A stretch of 64,000 nt of DNA, taken from contig OX337228.1 of NCBI GenBank assembly GCA_946965045.2, positions 6,634,001 through 6,698,000 on the forward strand, in the 5' to 3' direction. This DNA is from Epithemia pelagica. Taxonomy: Eukaryota > Protista > Bacillariophyta. A program made the position numbers and the translations under genes. Under the pieces are notes generated by a model. It was not told the origin of the DNA and ran no database searches. It saw only the letters and a program-made list of their open reading frames with translations. Positions 38,201-49,877 of the stretch are shown piece by piece. The stretch's first letter is position 1; the number at the start of each line of letters is the position of its first letter.

Positions 38201-39121
38201 CTGGGCGAAGGTATCCGTCGATCAAGCCTTTTCCGATCTGACGTTGGTCTGTACCACCCCATGTTCCGTATTGGACATGTTCTTATCGCCGTTGTTGTCC
38301 TGGCGTTTATTGGCCGCCTCTTCTCTGCCAGTGAACGCTCCATTCCGTACCCTGTCCGACGCACTATTGGTATTTTGCTCTTTGTTGGTCTTGGAGCTGG
38401 TGCGGTGACTCTTGTTGTGGAAGACACCAACTTTATTCGTTACGCCATTGCGGCATACTACTACATTGCAGCCGTTGCGCTGGTTGGTTTGTTGAGTGGT
38501 GTCAAAGCTGTCAAGAACTTTTACCTGGTCCATGACGTTGTTTGCGCGCACATTATCTTCATTCCACTCGTTGTATTGGCTGCCCTTCAACTCCCTGGTA
38601 TGATTCAAACCTGGCTTTTGTACCACAATGCTTTGTCCACCGACGTGGTCGTTTCGGATATCTTACGGTACGCCCGAAAGTCTCAAGAATCTGGTGCCGC
38701 CGGTGGTGATAGTAACACCGATGACCTGTTGGAGCAGATTTCCGAATTGAGGAAGCTGGTCCAGCGGCAAGAACAAATGCTTGGCAAGGCGGGACTGTTT
38801 GCCGATGCCGAAAACCAACCCATGAGTTCTATCATGTCATCTACGGGCGTGGGACCTGCCGCGTCTCAGTCGACTGGGGTTGCAGGTAGAAATCAGCCTC
38901 TCCGAGTGACACCCCCAGAACCTGTCCGATCTCTCAGCATGTCTGGCTTGGATGTGTGGGGCAACATGGCTTTGGGTGATGTCCGTGCCGAGGATATGGG
39001 ACAACAACAACTCTCGGGCGGCAACAGTGTGCCAGTACAGAGCCAGCTGTCGTCGGCGGGTGGTGGTGGCAGTGACTTTTCGTTTAGTCAACCCGAAGTC
39101 ATGCCACCAAGATATTCATGA
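32260..39121 (+). CDS. BGS: 1,3-beta-glucan synthase (GT48/FKS-callose type; probable chrysolaminarin synthase), multi-exon
   Basis: SVRNQAEHL, WGEASNLRHMPECL, NYDDFNEFFWS, RRLTYFVNSL, LTPYYSEDV, RRWASIRAQTLSRTVNGM, GEGKPENQNHA, QTIDMNQEGY, RLHYGHPD, SEDIFAG, QVGKGRDVG, GEQSLSRD. 5' exons encode several TM helices. Confidence 0.95.
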
Positions 39122-40136
39122 TGGAATTAACGAAAGAAATATCAATGTCGCTGCGAGGATGACAATGATTGAAATCAATATACATGGGTCCAATTATGGA
39201 CCATACGAGCTGTCATCCCGTTCTTGTCTCGAACATAGTGTCGAAGTGACCCTGCCCTAATACGCTAAGCAGGGTGAGTAATTCTTTGTAATAGGTTAAC
39301 GACTTTATGCATTCTACCTACCTCGCCTTTTGATGAAACGAAGTATTATAGCCTACACTCCTCTAGTAATTGGCCGACGTCTAGAACAAGGGTCGCCACC
39401 ATCAGTCTCTGGGAGTTTGGACGTATCCCTAACTTTCCTTGACCTCGGCTTGGAGGTGATTGCACCATCACATGTAAATGGCTTCTGTTACCCAGCCCAA
39501 AGCATCTTCAAAGCAGGCGTTCAAGGCCGTGGAGAAGGCCTTTTCGGCCACGGTGGCAACAAAAGGGAGACAAAGATGGCGGACTGCGTGATTACTTTCT
39601 TGGACAACAGGAATTATGAGCTGTATGGAAGCGAATTTTGTCCATGCCTCTACCACCATTCGTCGAGAGCGAGACCTATTATATAGAGACACCTACCTAC
39701 CTAGATCGGCAGTTTGTTTGTGGACCATGGTCCAGGACCACTGCCAATGGTGCCGTGTGTCTTTCAACGGATCGAAAAGAGAGCAGATGCGACACAAAAG
39801 TGTGGTCCAGTCACCAAAATTTGCAAAAAAGGTGGGGGTATCAAACGAAACACACACACACGACTCTTTTCGTGATGAGACTACATACATGTGTGGAAAA
39901 GGAACAACAGTTATGTTTTTTTATAGTAAAAAATAGTGCCGATCGGAGAATCTCTATTATAAGAGGAATGGTTTGTGTCATGAGTTGATAGTGGTAACAG
40001 ATTGCGAGTGTAGCGTGGCATGGGAGAGGGAGCAATGGCTGTAACAGTGCCAAGGCTTTTGAATGGTACAAATGAAACAGAGCGGGATAGTAACACACAG
40101 TAACAAACGATACTAGGTAGTAGACGTAGTATCGTG

Positions 40137-41285
40137 TTACCAACTCCCATTTCTCAGTTTCGTCGAATGTGTAGAGCCGCCAAATTCCGAAGCGGAATGG
40201 CATGGCTTGGCCACCGAGACGGGTGACAATGTGGTCTTCTTGACAAAGATATTAGCTTGTCGTTCTTCTTCCAAAGCTCTTTGCTCGTGGGCGTGTTCCG
40301 TGTGCAAGGCACTTTCCTCACTGCGCTCATACAACTCCCAAAGTCGATTCCGGGCAGTCGCCAAGTCAGCTTGCAAGGAGGACTGTGGGTGAAGCATAGG
40401 GCCAACGGCGCACAAGACCTCATTGGCCACAGGGTTGTCATGACCAAACATGCCTTCCAAAGCATTCAAGATGGATGCCAGTGCGATGGTACTTGGCTTC
40501 ATGGTGATGAAGAAGTAATCACAGACAGCAAGCTCTGAGAAAAAGGAAGCCACATCATAAATGTCGTCGCACTCCGCAAAGGACAGCTTGACTGTCTTGT
40601 GGTTGTTGCAGCTGATACTACAAAAGAAGTGATCCAACATGAGCGAGCAAAAGGCAATCGCTGTTGGTGGATGCAACTTCCATGAAAGGGAACGTAGAAT
40701 ATGTTCTTCCATTTCGCAAACATCGGCCATGTCAAACTCGCCTCGACTCAAGTCACTGAGAATGCCCAAATCGGCCAACTTGCAAGGATATAATAGCTTG
40801 ACGGCCAAATGCAAGGTGGTAGTGGCGGCCAACTTGAAACTGGTTCGGTCGCATCGACAAGTGGCGAGAAAGCGATCCAAAAAGGACAAGGACACGGCTA
40901 CCACTTCTCGGTCAATCCGGAAATAATCCACAACTCGAAACGACCATTCGACAATTTGTTCGCGGCAGTACTCGTCGATGCGACTGTTCCCCACTGCCGC
41001 ATGTCGAGCTGCCGCAGACAATTCTGGCTTCTTCAAGAGTTGGTAGACACTTTGTTGCCAGGATGTCATGCTTAGATAGTCGGCGCAGGCATAGGATCCC
41101 CCCCATTCCTGACGCACCATGGCGCGAATGTTGTCGGCCAACTCCTCCCGCTCAATCGCCATGGGATCTTCGTTGTCGTCCTCCTCCATGTCCATACGGC
41201 GTGTCGCGCCATTTCTATTGCTGGGTGGCAATCGCAGGCGATTGGGAAACTGCCGATGACGCTTGGACCGACGTCGTGGGTTCAT
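40137..41285 (-). CDS. Cyclin (diatom-specific cyclin-like), intronless
   Basis: Cyclin box CREQIVEWSFRVVDYFRIDREVVAVSLSFLDRFL, FKLAATTTLHLAVKL, MEEHILRSLSWKLHPPT, KPSTIALASILNA. Start codon inferred. Confidence 0.9.
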   Translation of the reverse strand: MNPRRRSKRHRQFPNRLRLPPSNRNGATRRMDMEEDDNEDPMAIEREELADNIRAMVRQEWGGSYACADYLSMTSWQQSVYQLLKKPELSAAARHAAVGNSRIDEYCREQIVEWSFRVVDYFRIDREVVAVSLSFLDRFLATCRCDRTSFKLAATTTLHLAVKLLYPCKLADLGILSDLSRGEFDMADVCEMEEHILRSLSWKLHPPTAIAFCSLMLDHFFCSISCNNHKTVKLSFAECDDIYDVASFFSELAVCDYFFITMKPSTIALASILNALEGMFGHDNPVANEVLCAVGPMLHPQSSLQADLATARNRLWELYERSEESALHTEHAHEQRALEEERQANIFVKKTTLSPVSVAKPCHSASEFGGSTHSTKLRNGSW

Positions 41286-42526
41286 GGTGAGTTTCAATAT
41301 CATACTGTTGTGTGGTGGTGAGGCTCCGGAAAAGGATCTGGTGATGGTTCGTCGTTCGAGAACTGTACAAGGAAAAGTGAAATGTGCGTCTCCACGCACT
41401 CGGAAATTTGTGTGTGACAGCCGCACGCGTTCTCAGACACCGATCGAGGCGAGCAACAAGATGTGGCCCACACTTTGACAACTCTCAACACACAACAACA
41501 ACAACAATCAACAATAGCAACACTCGAGTCGAAACACTTTGGAGTTGTGGTTTTTAATGAGACAAAGGTGATGGAAGGGTCTCTCTCTGTCTGTGTGTTC
41601 GACTTCCAACACACCAAACCGAAAAATATGAGACCAGTCATTGACCGAACCGTGTGGATGTGTGTAGGATGAGAAACCAAACCGTGTATGTGTGACGGGG
41701 ATCTGACACTGGACTACTGTACCGTGTGACAGCGCCGGTACTGCTCGTGATGTGGTGAGTCTTTTGTTGAGGCGAAGGCAACAATTAGGCGGCAGTCTGG
41801 AAAAATTTGTGGCCGCGCCTCGCGCCAAAAGAATCAAGAGCAAACGAAAAAGACATCCGATGCCCGACGGGCGTGCTGAAAACCAATCCACAACCTACAT
41901 GTATGGTGATGGGAATTCGACGAATTTTTCGAGCTCTTAAGTACGGACTGTCACAGAAGACAATCCTGATTTAACCCGCTTTTTTGTCGTACGCCAGCCT
42001 CGTCACAAAAGTCTCGTTCCCACGACTGTCGATCTGCTAAGACTGTGAGAAGGGCTCACTAATATTAGTTGGAATGCCCCTATTTTGGGGGATGAATCCT
42101 CAGTCTCCCAACGCAATACAAGATCGATTTTCCTAAGTGCACTTATTTTTCGGAAGGAGACATACACTGTTGTGGGGCGCATCGCACGATCCCCCATGCC
42201 ACGATCGAAATTTCCATCGCTTTCAACTTTGGTAGTCGCGGGGAGGACCTTCCCGCACAGGAACCCACATGGCAGTTCGTATGAACCAAAGTGTGGGTTT
42301 CCCCGTGTGAGTGGGAGTCCTTCCAATTGGATGGACTCGTTTCGAATTCGCGCGCTCTAGGAAGTGCTCGGAGCAGCCTTCCGGCCGTTTGCTATTGGCC
42401 ACCGGCAGACGATTTTGGGTTGCTCGTTGCTCCACAAAATCGGGATGTGGTATTGCCCCCACACCAAACTTTGAACTGGACTCTATGGTTGGAGAGTACT
42501 AGAGAAAATTTCATCCAAAATTTGGG

Positions 42527-43250
42527 TTCCTTCTTACTTTGGGAGACTCACCATCTCCATCTCTCCAATCTCCATGTGTCTACACGACGCTTTTGGGGAG
42601 AGCATGATGTGGCCGGCCTGCGAGGAGTGCGAGCTACTCCCATTCTCTTTTCTGTATGTGGAGAGCAGTGCTGGCGACCGACTCTCTAATGGTCATTGTA
42701 TCTTGTGTATCCTGTCATTCGGAATCAGTATTGTCATTTGTTCGTGCAAAGAACCGCAAATGACGAGCGAAATTTCGAGATCAAATGGGAACCTCCTTTT
42801 GGAACGAACTCGTATCGTATGCTCCTTGCACGTGCAGACTGCCTTTTCGCACCCAATGGGAACAGGGTCAATGACCAAAAGCCATTGTGTCTCCTCTGTT
42901 TATGGACCAGAGCATCCTCCGAGAACTCTTGGTGTGATGGAACGACTCAAACGTGTGTTGCGGATTGCGCAAGCAAAGCTTGTGTGTCGAACAGAACCTG
43001 TCGTTGTTGGGTTGTCGTCCAAGTGTGTGTCGAACAACGAAACTCCACCAAACTTCTTCTTCTCGTCACTGGTCCAACCGTATGCCATGTCGTCATTCAT
43101 CGTGTTGGACTCTTCTCGTTTGGAGGCTGCCGGAATCGATTGTCATTCTGCCTTACTACAATACTTACACATGGATGGAACACCCGATATCCAATGCTTC
43201 GTTCCATCCTTGTCACATCCAACGTCCCATGTAGGAGCACTAGTGCGACG
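42527..43250 (-). pseudogene. Possible decayed coding sequence (single frame broken by isolated stops)
   Basis: The minus-strand ORFs 42900-43100 and 42693-42878 share a frame and are separated by single stop codons; the frame continues on both sides. The 236-aa plus-strand ORF reads like an antisense shadow. Confidence 0.25.
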
Positions 43251-43808
43251 AAGCAACCAGCTCTTGTGTGGTGTGTCTACCTAGTAGAAGCTCCGTAGAG
43301 TGCAATTCCGTATCGTCCATTCGCACCGCCCATGGTTTTCTTGTGTCCATTGCATTCATGCGGCGTTGGGTGGTTCTGATTTCTGATCCCCTTCCATTTT
43401 GATCCTGATCCTGTGGATGGTCTTGATCTTGGTGATGTCTCAGTCGCACGAATATCGGCCCTCGGTCGAGACGAGTCACGAGCGACCCAATCGAGGAGCG
43501 TTTGAACTTGCGCGCCCACGCGAGGCGGCCCGGTTTTCCCTCCATCACAATCCCACAACCCGGATCCGGATTCCGGATGGACATGTGGACTTTTCACATT
43601 CGAGACGACAAAGAAGGAGGTATTGGTTTGGCCATTATTGTTTGGGGCCCTCACTGTTTTCTTGTGTCTCGTTCCACCGTAGTATTCAAGTGTCGCTCTC
43701 GTTCCCACCCGCGAGATTGAGAATCCAACAACGAAACACACAAGGCAAGGCGCCACTTTCCAACGACAAGCACAACCAGAAAGAAACCAAAAAGAGAGAC
43801 ACACTACT

Positions 43809-46800
43809 ATGGAGGACGAGCAGCCGCACGATTTGGGCGTGTGGATTCAAGAGCTCGTGGCCTTGGAGCACGACGACTGTGATACCGACAGCCATGACAA
43901 CGACTCTTTGTCGTTGAGTTCGTCAAGAAAGGACCGTTCCGCACAGGCGGTGGATTTGTGCCACAAAATTTCCCATCGATTGGCGAGCTTGATGGACCAG
44001 CAAAACGAGGAGGAGGAGTTTGATGACGACGGGGATGATGGCTTTGAGAACGAGGATCCAGACGACTCTTCACCAGTTGGTCGTCGTCATGGTGATCGTC
44101 GTCGTTGGTCCACGGCTTCCACGGCCACATCGTTGTCTTGTCGATCGTCGCTACTGGAACAAGGCATTTCTTTGCGCGCCGTCTTGGGTGCAGCGTCCTT
44201 TCAAGACCGGACGCGATTGCTCCAGGTCTTGACGCAGTGCATGTCGTCCTGGTCGTCATCGTACCACCAACGACCACCCTCCCTGGACCATGACACGGAC
44301 CACCACAACGACAACGACACGGACGACCACCACCAAGACACCACGGACCAGGACGACCATGCTCCTCCTCCTTTTGCTGCTGCCTTGGCGGCGGCACACA
44401 CGTGGTGTCAATTGATTGTCTTGCCCGGTGCGCTCGGTTCGGGTTTGGTCTCCCAACACGTGTCCTTTGTCACCTTGGTCCAAGTGTTGAAGCACTGGCG
44501 CCGTCACGTCTTGTCGTCGTCATTGGAAGCTTCCCACAAGGACCCGCCCACCAAGAACAAGGAGAAAACAAACGCGAAAAAGACGAACCACAAGAACAAG
44601 AAGCCGGTGAGTGAGACAGAGGAGGAACCAGACACGGAACAACAAGAACCAGAGCAACCACACTTGTCCGACGACATGATCCACCAGGGCTTGATGGTGG
44701 GCCAGGCCGTGGCGTCGATTCCCTTGCACCAAGCTGAATTTCCCACGTGGTCCAGTGCCGCACGGGAACGCATCTGGGAGGCGGTGGCCCTTGTCTTGAG
44801 CGTGGCAGCCGCCATGGTCCAAACCAACCACAAGAACCACAAGAACCACGACGACGATGCGTTGGCCGAATCGGTCCTGGAACAAACGTCCCATGCCTTG
44901 GCCACGGGCTTGCACGTCATGGCAAATACCGGAACGACCCACCACTTGGAGGATGAACCAACCACAACCACGGTCCACATGGCCAATGGCGCACCGGCGC
45001 CCCACCCGCTGCATGAAACCACGGTGCACTTGTTGCGGGCCCTGGAACCCTTGGTGGAACCGGCTCACACCCTGTGGAACACGGCTGGTAGTAGTAGTAG
45101 TAGTGGCGGCGACTCGGACATACCACCCTCGTGCCGTGGCGCCATGCTCGATGCGGCCCGTCACGTCTTGGTCACCCTCCTCGACGACACGACGGCCCAC
45201 CACCTCGTGTCGTCCCCCCTTCTTCCCAATCACCACCACAATCACACCAGGAAGGAACAGGAGTCCAGCCCAGCTGGACAGCAAACTCAAGCCCAACGAC
45301 GCGATTCCTCCTCCTCCACGCCGCAACCATTGGTGGACCATTCCGGCAGCAACACTCCAATTCGTACCACGACCCCGGGGTCCAGTACTAGTAGCAGCTT
45401 GCGGCCGACACCGGTCAAGCTCAAGACACCACCGCCCTCATCCTCCTGGCGGCGTACGTCCTCGTTTGGTACCACCACCACCACCACTCCCCACGAACCA
45501 GCACCAGCACAAGCCACCGACTCGTCCTCCTCGTATCCCTCCCGCCCCATTGGAGTGGCCTGGGTGGGATTTTTGCAACGCTTGGTGAGTTGCGTCGCAC
45601 CCGCGCACAATACCAAGGCCCATCGCACCATGGTGGTGGATTCCCTGGGTCGGTTGCTGCCCCATTTGCCACCCGCCGTGGAACAAGGACAATTGCTGGC
45701 GTACCTTTATGACATGACCCAGTCGGCCCTCGTCCCGCATCGGCACGTGGCGGTCGAACTGTTGGCCCGTATTTGGACGCAACCCTGGCTCTGGCAACTG
45801 GCCGATACAAGTAGTAGTAGTACGAGTCGTACCAACAACAACGACAACAACGACAACAACGACAACAACGACGACGACACTCGGGAGGAATCCTCGTCGT
45901 CCTGGACCCCCGTTCGTCCTACGACGACGACCACGGTGCCACCCCGTTCGTGTTTGAAATCGACCCGCCCTCCAGACGACCACAAGGACAATGACAACAA
46001 GGACAAGACTCCACGACGGGTGGCGTTTGACCCGGCACCGTGCCCCACCGTCGTGCTTCCCTCCAACTCCAACAACAACACCACTACCAATCCCAATCCC
46101 AAGGCCTCCCCCGCAAGTCTCTTGCAGGCTCTTCTGGGCCGGTTGGAGGACGTCAATGTTTCGACGCGGCAAGCGGCCTTGGTCGCGGTGGCTCAATTGA
46201 CGGACCAAGTCCAAGACATGCTCCACGAGTTGAATCAACTCCAGATATCCATCAAGGAGCGACAAGGACAAGAGGGCGACAGTGACCTAGACCAAGAAGC
46301 ATATCGCACCAACAATCAAGCCAAGCAAATGGCGCTTTGGAAAATTATCAAAACCTTTAATCTCCACGTCCCTTGGTTGATCCAGACCGCGCGACGCTTG
46401 GTGGACGACGACACCATGGGCGCTCGGGTTCGCAAGGAGGCGGTGCACACCTTGGGACACGTCTTGGTCTGGCATGTCTCGTCTCCCGCACCCACGGCCG
46501 ACTTTTATCCCCAGGAAATTCCCACCAGTCTCGTCACCCCGGCCGATGTGCACCGCTTGGCGCAGGGCTGTCAAGAGGAAGCCGTGGCTCCTCGCAAGGC
46601 ATCGGCCGTGGCCTTGACACGGCTCTTTCAAGCCGTATGCTGTCACAATCGTCATTGTGTGTGTCCCATTTGGTGTGGACGATTCGTGTCCGAATGGACC
46701 TCTTCCGTCCTGCCCTTGACGCTCAGCCCGGATAACAGTGTCGCCACCAAAGCTGTCGAACTCGTGCAGGAACTGGTTCTCACCCCCTTATTGCTCCATC

Positions 46801-49253
46801 AGACTGCAACAGATGGTAGTAGTACGAATACTACAACCATGGATGGAGCTGTGCTGGTTGCGTGGAAGATTTGGGCCAATTTGGCGGGAGGTCCCTTGCG
46901 GACGCAAACATCTCCCGTAGAATTGCAAGCCATGCAAAACGTGCTCGCCTCCGTCTTGGCGGCGGAGCCAGACCAGTCTCTAGTACCCCTCCAACAATTG
47001 CTACGGTTGCTGGTCCATAACGTTTCCCAGAACCCTACCGACGACGAAACGGCCAACGAGACAGATGCGATTCGAATGGCTGGAGCGTGGAGTCTTTGGA
47101 ATGCTCTCGTGAGCACTCCCCAAACATTGAAACTCATCCCCGACATTGTTCAACAAAACAAGATGGACTTGTCCTTTTTGTGCACAGCCTGGAAATCCAT
47201 TCTTGACAAATCCATGGAGCATACCCAGACTGCATCAACTACAGCCACACAGGACAAACTCTTGCTCGAATATCGCCGAAAGTCCATGAAGCACAGCATG
47301 TGGACTCTGGCTCAACTCGCCTCCTGTATTGATCCGGAGAAATGCCAGTCGACCAAGTCTCGGATTCTGGACATGTTGCAGTCGTTTTATTTTCCAGCCA
47401 TGGCCATTAACCCGGCCGTGAGCATGCTCATTGCTCTGACGCTGTCGGAACCGCCCAACGATACTAGTCTGTCGTCCTCCTCATTGAGCAGTCTGGCACA
47501 CAAGCGCCATTGTCAAAGCTGGATGAAACAACTCTATCATGTGAGCGAACAGGCGCTGGCCCATGTCCTGACACAAGAGGGTAGTACGGTGGTGCGTTGG
47601 ACACCCAAACTTCTCTGTGCACTCTTCACGGCAGGAGAAGTGGCCATGATTGGGTGCAACCCCTCGGAAGCCGATGAATCGGAGCCGCCACTCCTACACG
47701 ATGGAGAAGCGCCAGAAGAGGAACCAGAAGAGCAACCACGGCCCCTGTTGGAGGACGATGCACCACGGTCCACGGTAGTGGGGGAACAAGTCCTAAGGGG
47801 ATTGCGTCTCGCGCCGTCTCCCAAACTGGTGGAATTGGTACAGTTGTACATGGGATCCCAGCTGCCGGTCGTTTCCTCCATGGAAAGCAGCAACAGCAAC
47901 AACAATGGCGACGAGGCAAACGTGCCCAGCAACGACAACCGACCAAGGCCCATTCCCAACAATATTCGTGCCATGGCCTTTCTCACCTTTGGTCGGTTTT
48001 GTGTTCGAGACGAGGAACTCGCCCGGACCCGTGGGATCATACTTTTGGCCCGGGCCTTGCATGAAAACATGGAGGACGGATGCGAAGCGATTCAACGCAA
48101 TGCTCTCGCTACCATGAGGGATTTGTGTAAGCGCTATACCAACTTGGCCGACCGCTATCTCCCCCTCATGGCGGCCTGTTTGCAAGCAGGACTGTCTTCC
48201 TCCTCGAGCACGGCCGCGCAGGAGTATGCCCAGGTTCGCCAAACAGCCTTGATGCTCTTGTCCGGATTACTGATGGAGGACACGATCAAGTGGCGCGGCC
48301 TCTTTTTTCACCGCTTCTTGGTGGCGACAACAGATGAGAATTCGCAAGTGGCATGTTTGGCGCGGGCCATTGTGGGAGGACCCTTCCAACAAAAGTTTCC
48401 CGAGTTGTTTCGGGAGAACTTGATTGGGTCCTTTTTTGTCCTCAATGGTTGTTCGGGGCATGCCATTTACCAGGCCGCCGCCAGTCTCCGAGACGCAGGT
48501 TCGGGCAGTGCCGTTTCCGGGCAAGGCCTGGCACGGACAGGTCCTGTGGGAGAAAAGAGTCGATTCTACATGTACCATGTATTGCTGTCTCACATGACGG
48601 ATGAAGACAAGTTGATTGTCCGGGGCCGTCTGGCCAAGGAAATCTTGGGAAGTGCCTTGGTTCCAGGGAGTGACTTGTACAAGGCCTGCACCCAATACCA
48701 CAAGGCACCGGACCGTCGTCGTAGTAGTATATCCAAAAGCACCGGCAAGAACAAGAACCCTACGTACGAATCCGAGTTTTGGGTGTTGAGCGACGCGTTG
48801 GGTATTTTGACCAGTCCCTGTCTGCAAGTGGCCGCACCCCGTGACCTGAATCGCGTCCAAGAGGAGGAGGAGGTGGAGGACGAGGTGGCAGCCGCGGATG
48901 GAACGAGTCGTCCGTCGTCCTCCACTACTAGTATGCGCAATACTAACAAGAGCAAGCATGCCGCGGCCATGAGCAACTTGTTGTCCAAAGTGGGCCGTAC
49001 CCACATGCTGGAATCCATCTTGCCCATTTTGTGCAATCTCAAGACCTTGTTGCAACAGCACGGTTCGCCTCTTTCCAAGCAACTCATGTGGGTCTTGTGT
49101 GATTTGTACCGTTTGTATACGGCGCAAGTCAAGGTGTGTTTGGCCAATGACAGTAGTCTCCTCGGGGAGATTGAACACGATGTCCGTCGGCAAAACCAAG
49201 TTGCCAAGCAATCCATGACGACAACGACGACCGCATCCTCCGGAGACAGATAA
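43809..49253 (+). CDS. NCAPD3: Condensin HEAT subunit, CAP-D3-like (condensin II), 1814 aa, intronless
   Basis: C-terminal Cnd1-like region IRAMAFLTFGRFCVRDE..., RNALATMRDLCKRYTNLADRYLP, VRQTALMLLSGLLMEDTIKWRGLFFHRFL; the KWRG.LF.RF pattern is typical of CAP-D3. HEAT-like helices with low-complexity insertions. Confidence 0.85.
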   Translation: MEDEQPHDLGVWIQELVALEHDDCDTDSHDNDSLSLSSSRKDRSAQAVDLCHKISHRLASLMDQQNEEEEFDDDGDDGFENEDPDDSSPVGRRHGDRRRWSTASTATSLSCRSSLLEQGISLRAVLGAASFQDRTRLLQVLTQCMSSWSSSYHQRPPSLDHDTDHHNDNDTDDHHQDTTDQDDHAPPPFAAALAAAHTWCQLIVLPGALGSGLVSQHVSFVTLVQVLKHWRRHVLSSSLEASHKDPPTKNKEKTNAKKTNHKNKKPVSETEEEPDTEQQEPEQPHLSDDMIHQGLMVGQAVASIPLHQAEFPTWSSAARERIWEAVALVLSVAAAMVQTNHKNHKNHDDDALAESVLEQTSHALATGLHVMANTGTTHHLEDEPTTTTVHMANGAPAPHPLHETTVHLLRALEPLVEPAHTLWNTAGSSSSSGGDSDIPPSCRGAMLDAARHVLVTLLDDTTAHHLVSSPLLPNHHHNHTRKEQESSPAGQQTQAQRRDSSSSTPQPLVDHSGSNTPIRTTTPGSSTSSSLRPTPVKLKTPPPSSSWRRTSSFGTTTTTTPHEPAPAQATDSSSSYPSRPIGVAWVGFLQRLVSCVAPAHNTKAHRTMVVDSLGRLLPHLPPAVEQGQLLAYLYDMTQSALVPHRHVAVELLARIWTQPWLWQLADTSSSSTSRTNNNDNNDNNDNNDDDTREESSSSWTPVRPTTTTTVPPRSCLKSTRPPDDHKDNDNKDKTPRRVAFDPAPCPTVVLPSNSNNNTTTNPNPKASPASLLQALLGRLEDVNVSTRQAALVAVAQLTDQVQDMLHELNQLQISIKERQGQEGDSDLDQEAYRTNNQAKQMALWKIIKTFNLHVPWLIQTARRLVDDDTMGARVRKEAVHTLGHVLVWHVSSPAPTADFYPQEIPTSLVTPADVHRLAQGCQEEAVAPRKASAVALTRLFQAVCCHNRHCVCPIWCGRFVSEWTSSVLPLTLSPDNSVATKAVELVQELVLTPLLLHQTATDGSSTNTTTMDGAVLVAWKIWANLAGGPLRTQTSPVELQAMQNVLASVLAAEPDQSLVPLQQLLRLLVHNVSQNPTDDETANETDAIRMAGAWSLWNALVSTPQTLKLIPDIVQQNKMDLSFLCTAWKSILDKSMEHTQTASTTATQDKLLLEYRRKSMKHSMWTLAQLASCIDPEKCQSTKSRILDMLQSFYFPAMAINPAVSMLIALTLSEPPNDTSLSSSSLSSLAHKRHCQSWMKQLYHVSEQALAHVLTQEGSTVVRWTPKLLCALFTAGEVAMIGCNPSEADESEPPLLHDGEAPEEEPEEQPRPLLEDDAPRSTVVGEQVLRGLRLAPSPKLVELVQLYMGSQLPVVSSMESSNSNNNGDEANVPSNDNRPRPIPNNIRAMAFLTFGRFCVRDEELARTRGIILLARALHENMEDGCEAIQRNALATMRDLCKRYTNLADRYLPLMAACLQAGLSSSSSTAAQEYAQVRQTALMLLSGLLMEDTIKWRGLFFHRFLVATTDENSQVACLARAIVGGPFQQKFPELFRENLIGSFFVLNGCSGHAIYQAAASLRDAGSGSAVSGQGLARTGPVGEKSRFYMYHVLLSHMTDEDKLIVRGRLAKEILGSALVPGSDLYKACTQYHKAPDRRRSSISKSTGKNKNPTYESEFWVLSDALGILTSPCLQVAAPRDLNRVQEEEEVEDEVAAADGTSRPSSSTTSMRNTNKSKHAAAMSNLLSKVGRTHMLESILPILCNLKTLLQQHGSPLSKQLMWVLCDLYRLYTAQVKVCLANDSSLLGEIEHDVRRQNQVAKQSMTTTTTASSGDR

Positions 49254-49570
49254 CCAAAACAATAATCACACATGGGGCGGGGAAGGATTGAACGCGTTGT
49301 CTCGATAGAGACAGGTAATAAACACAATAATGACACACGGGACGGGGAAGGATTTAACGCATTGTCTCGATAGAGACAGGTAATAAACACAATAATGACA
49401 CAAGGGACGGGGAAGTTTGAACGCGTTGTCTCGATAGAGACAGGTAATAAACACACAATAATGACACAAGGGACGGGGAAGGATTTAACGCATTGTCTCG
49501 ATAGAGACAGGTAATAAACACAATAATCACACAAGGGACGGGGAAGGACTGAACGCGTTGTCTCGATAGA
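49243..49570. repeat. Tandem array, 5 x ~65 bp, starting over the CAP-D3 stop codon
   Basis: Unit gagacaggtaataaacacaataatgacacaagggacggggaaggatttaacgcattgtctcgata starts at 49243, 49308, 49373, 49437 and 49504. Confidence 0.95.
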
Positions 49571-49877
49571 ATTGAAAGACTAATATGTGTTAGCGTAAGA
49601 CAAGACGTGTTTCTTTACGACACAATCGTTGTGTGTGGATTTTGAACGCTAGAAAGACTCTCTAGAGTAATAGAAGAAAGAACGTGTTGGTTGAGGACAC
49701 AATCGTTGCGTGTGCAGTAAGACAATGGAATATGAGTGTTATATTCCACAGCATCCGTTTGTCAATAGAGGAACGTTTGGGGATTCGTAACTTTTTGCTT
49801 TGCACTTCTTGCGCGTTGCCTACATCTTGACCTTCATTTCAAACTAGGAGGAGTATCTTATGTAGACTGTATATAGT

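Noticed and set aside
39330-39692. Short ORFs between the glucan synthase and cyclin
   Set aside because: No recognisable motif or convincing gene structure; left unannotated.
48267-49534. 331-aa and 314-aa minus-strand ORFs
   Set aside because: Antisense to CAP-D3 and read through the tandem array; the repeats are artefacts of the DNA repeat.
49243-49570. CRISPR-like appearance of the 65-bp array with palindromic junctions
   Set aside because: Units are contiguous near-copies with no unique spacers, there are no cas genes, and the context is eukaryotic.
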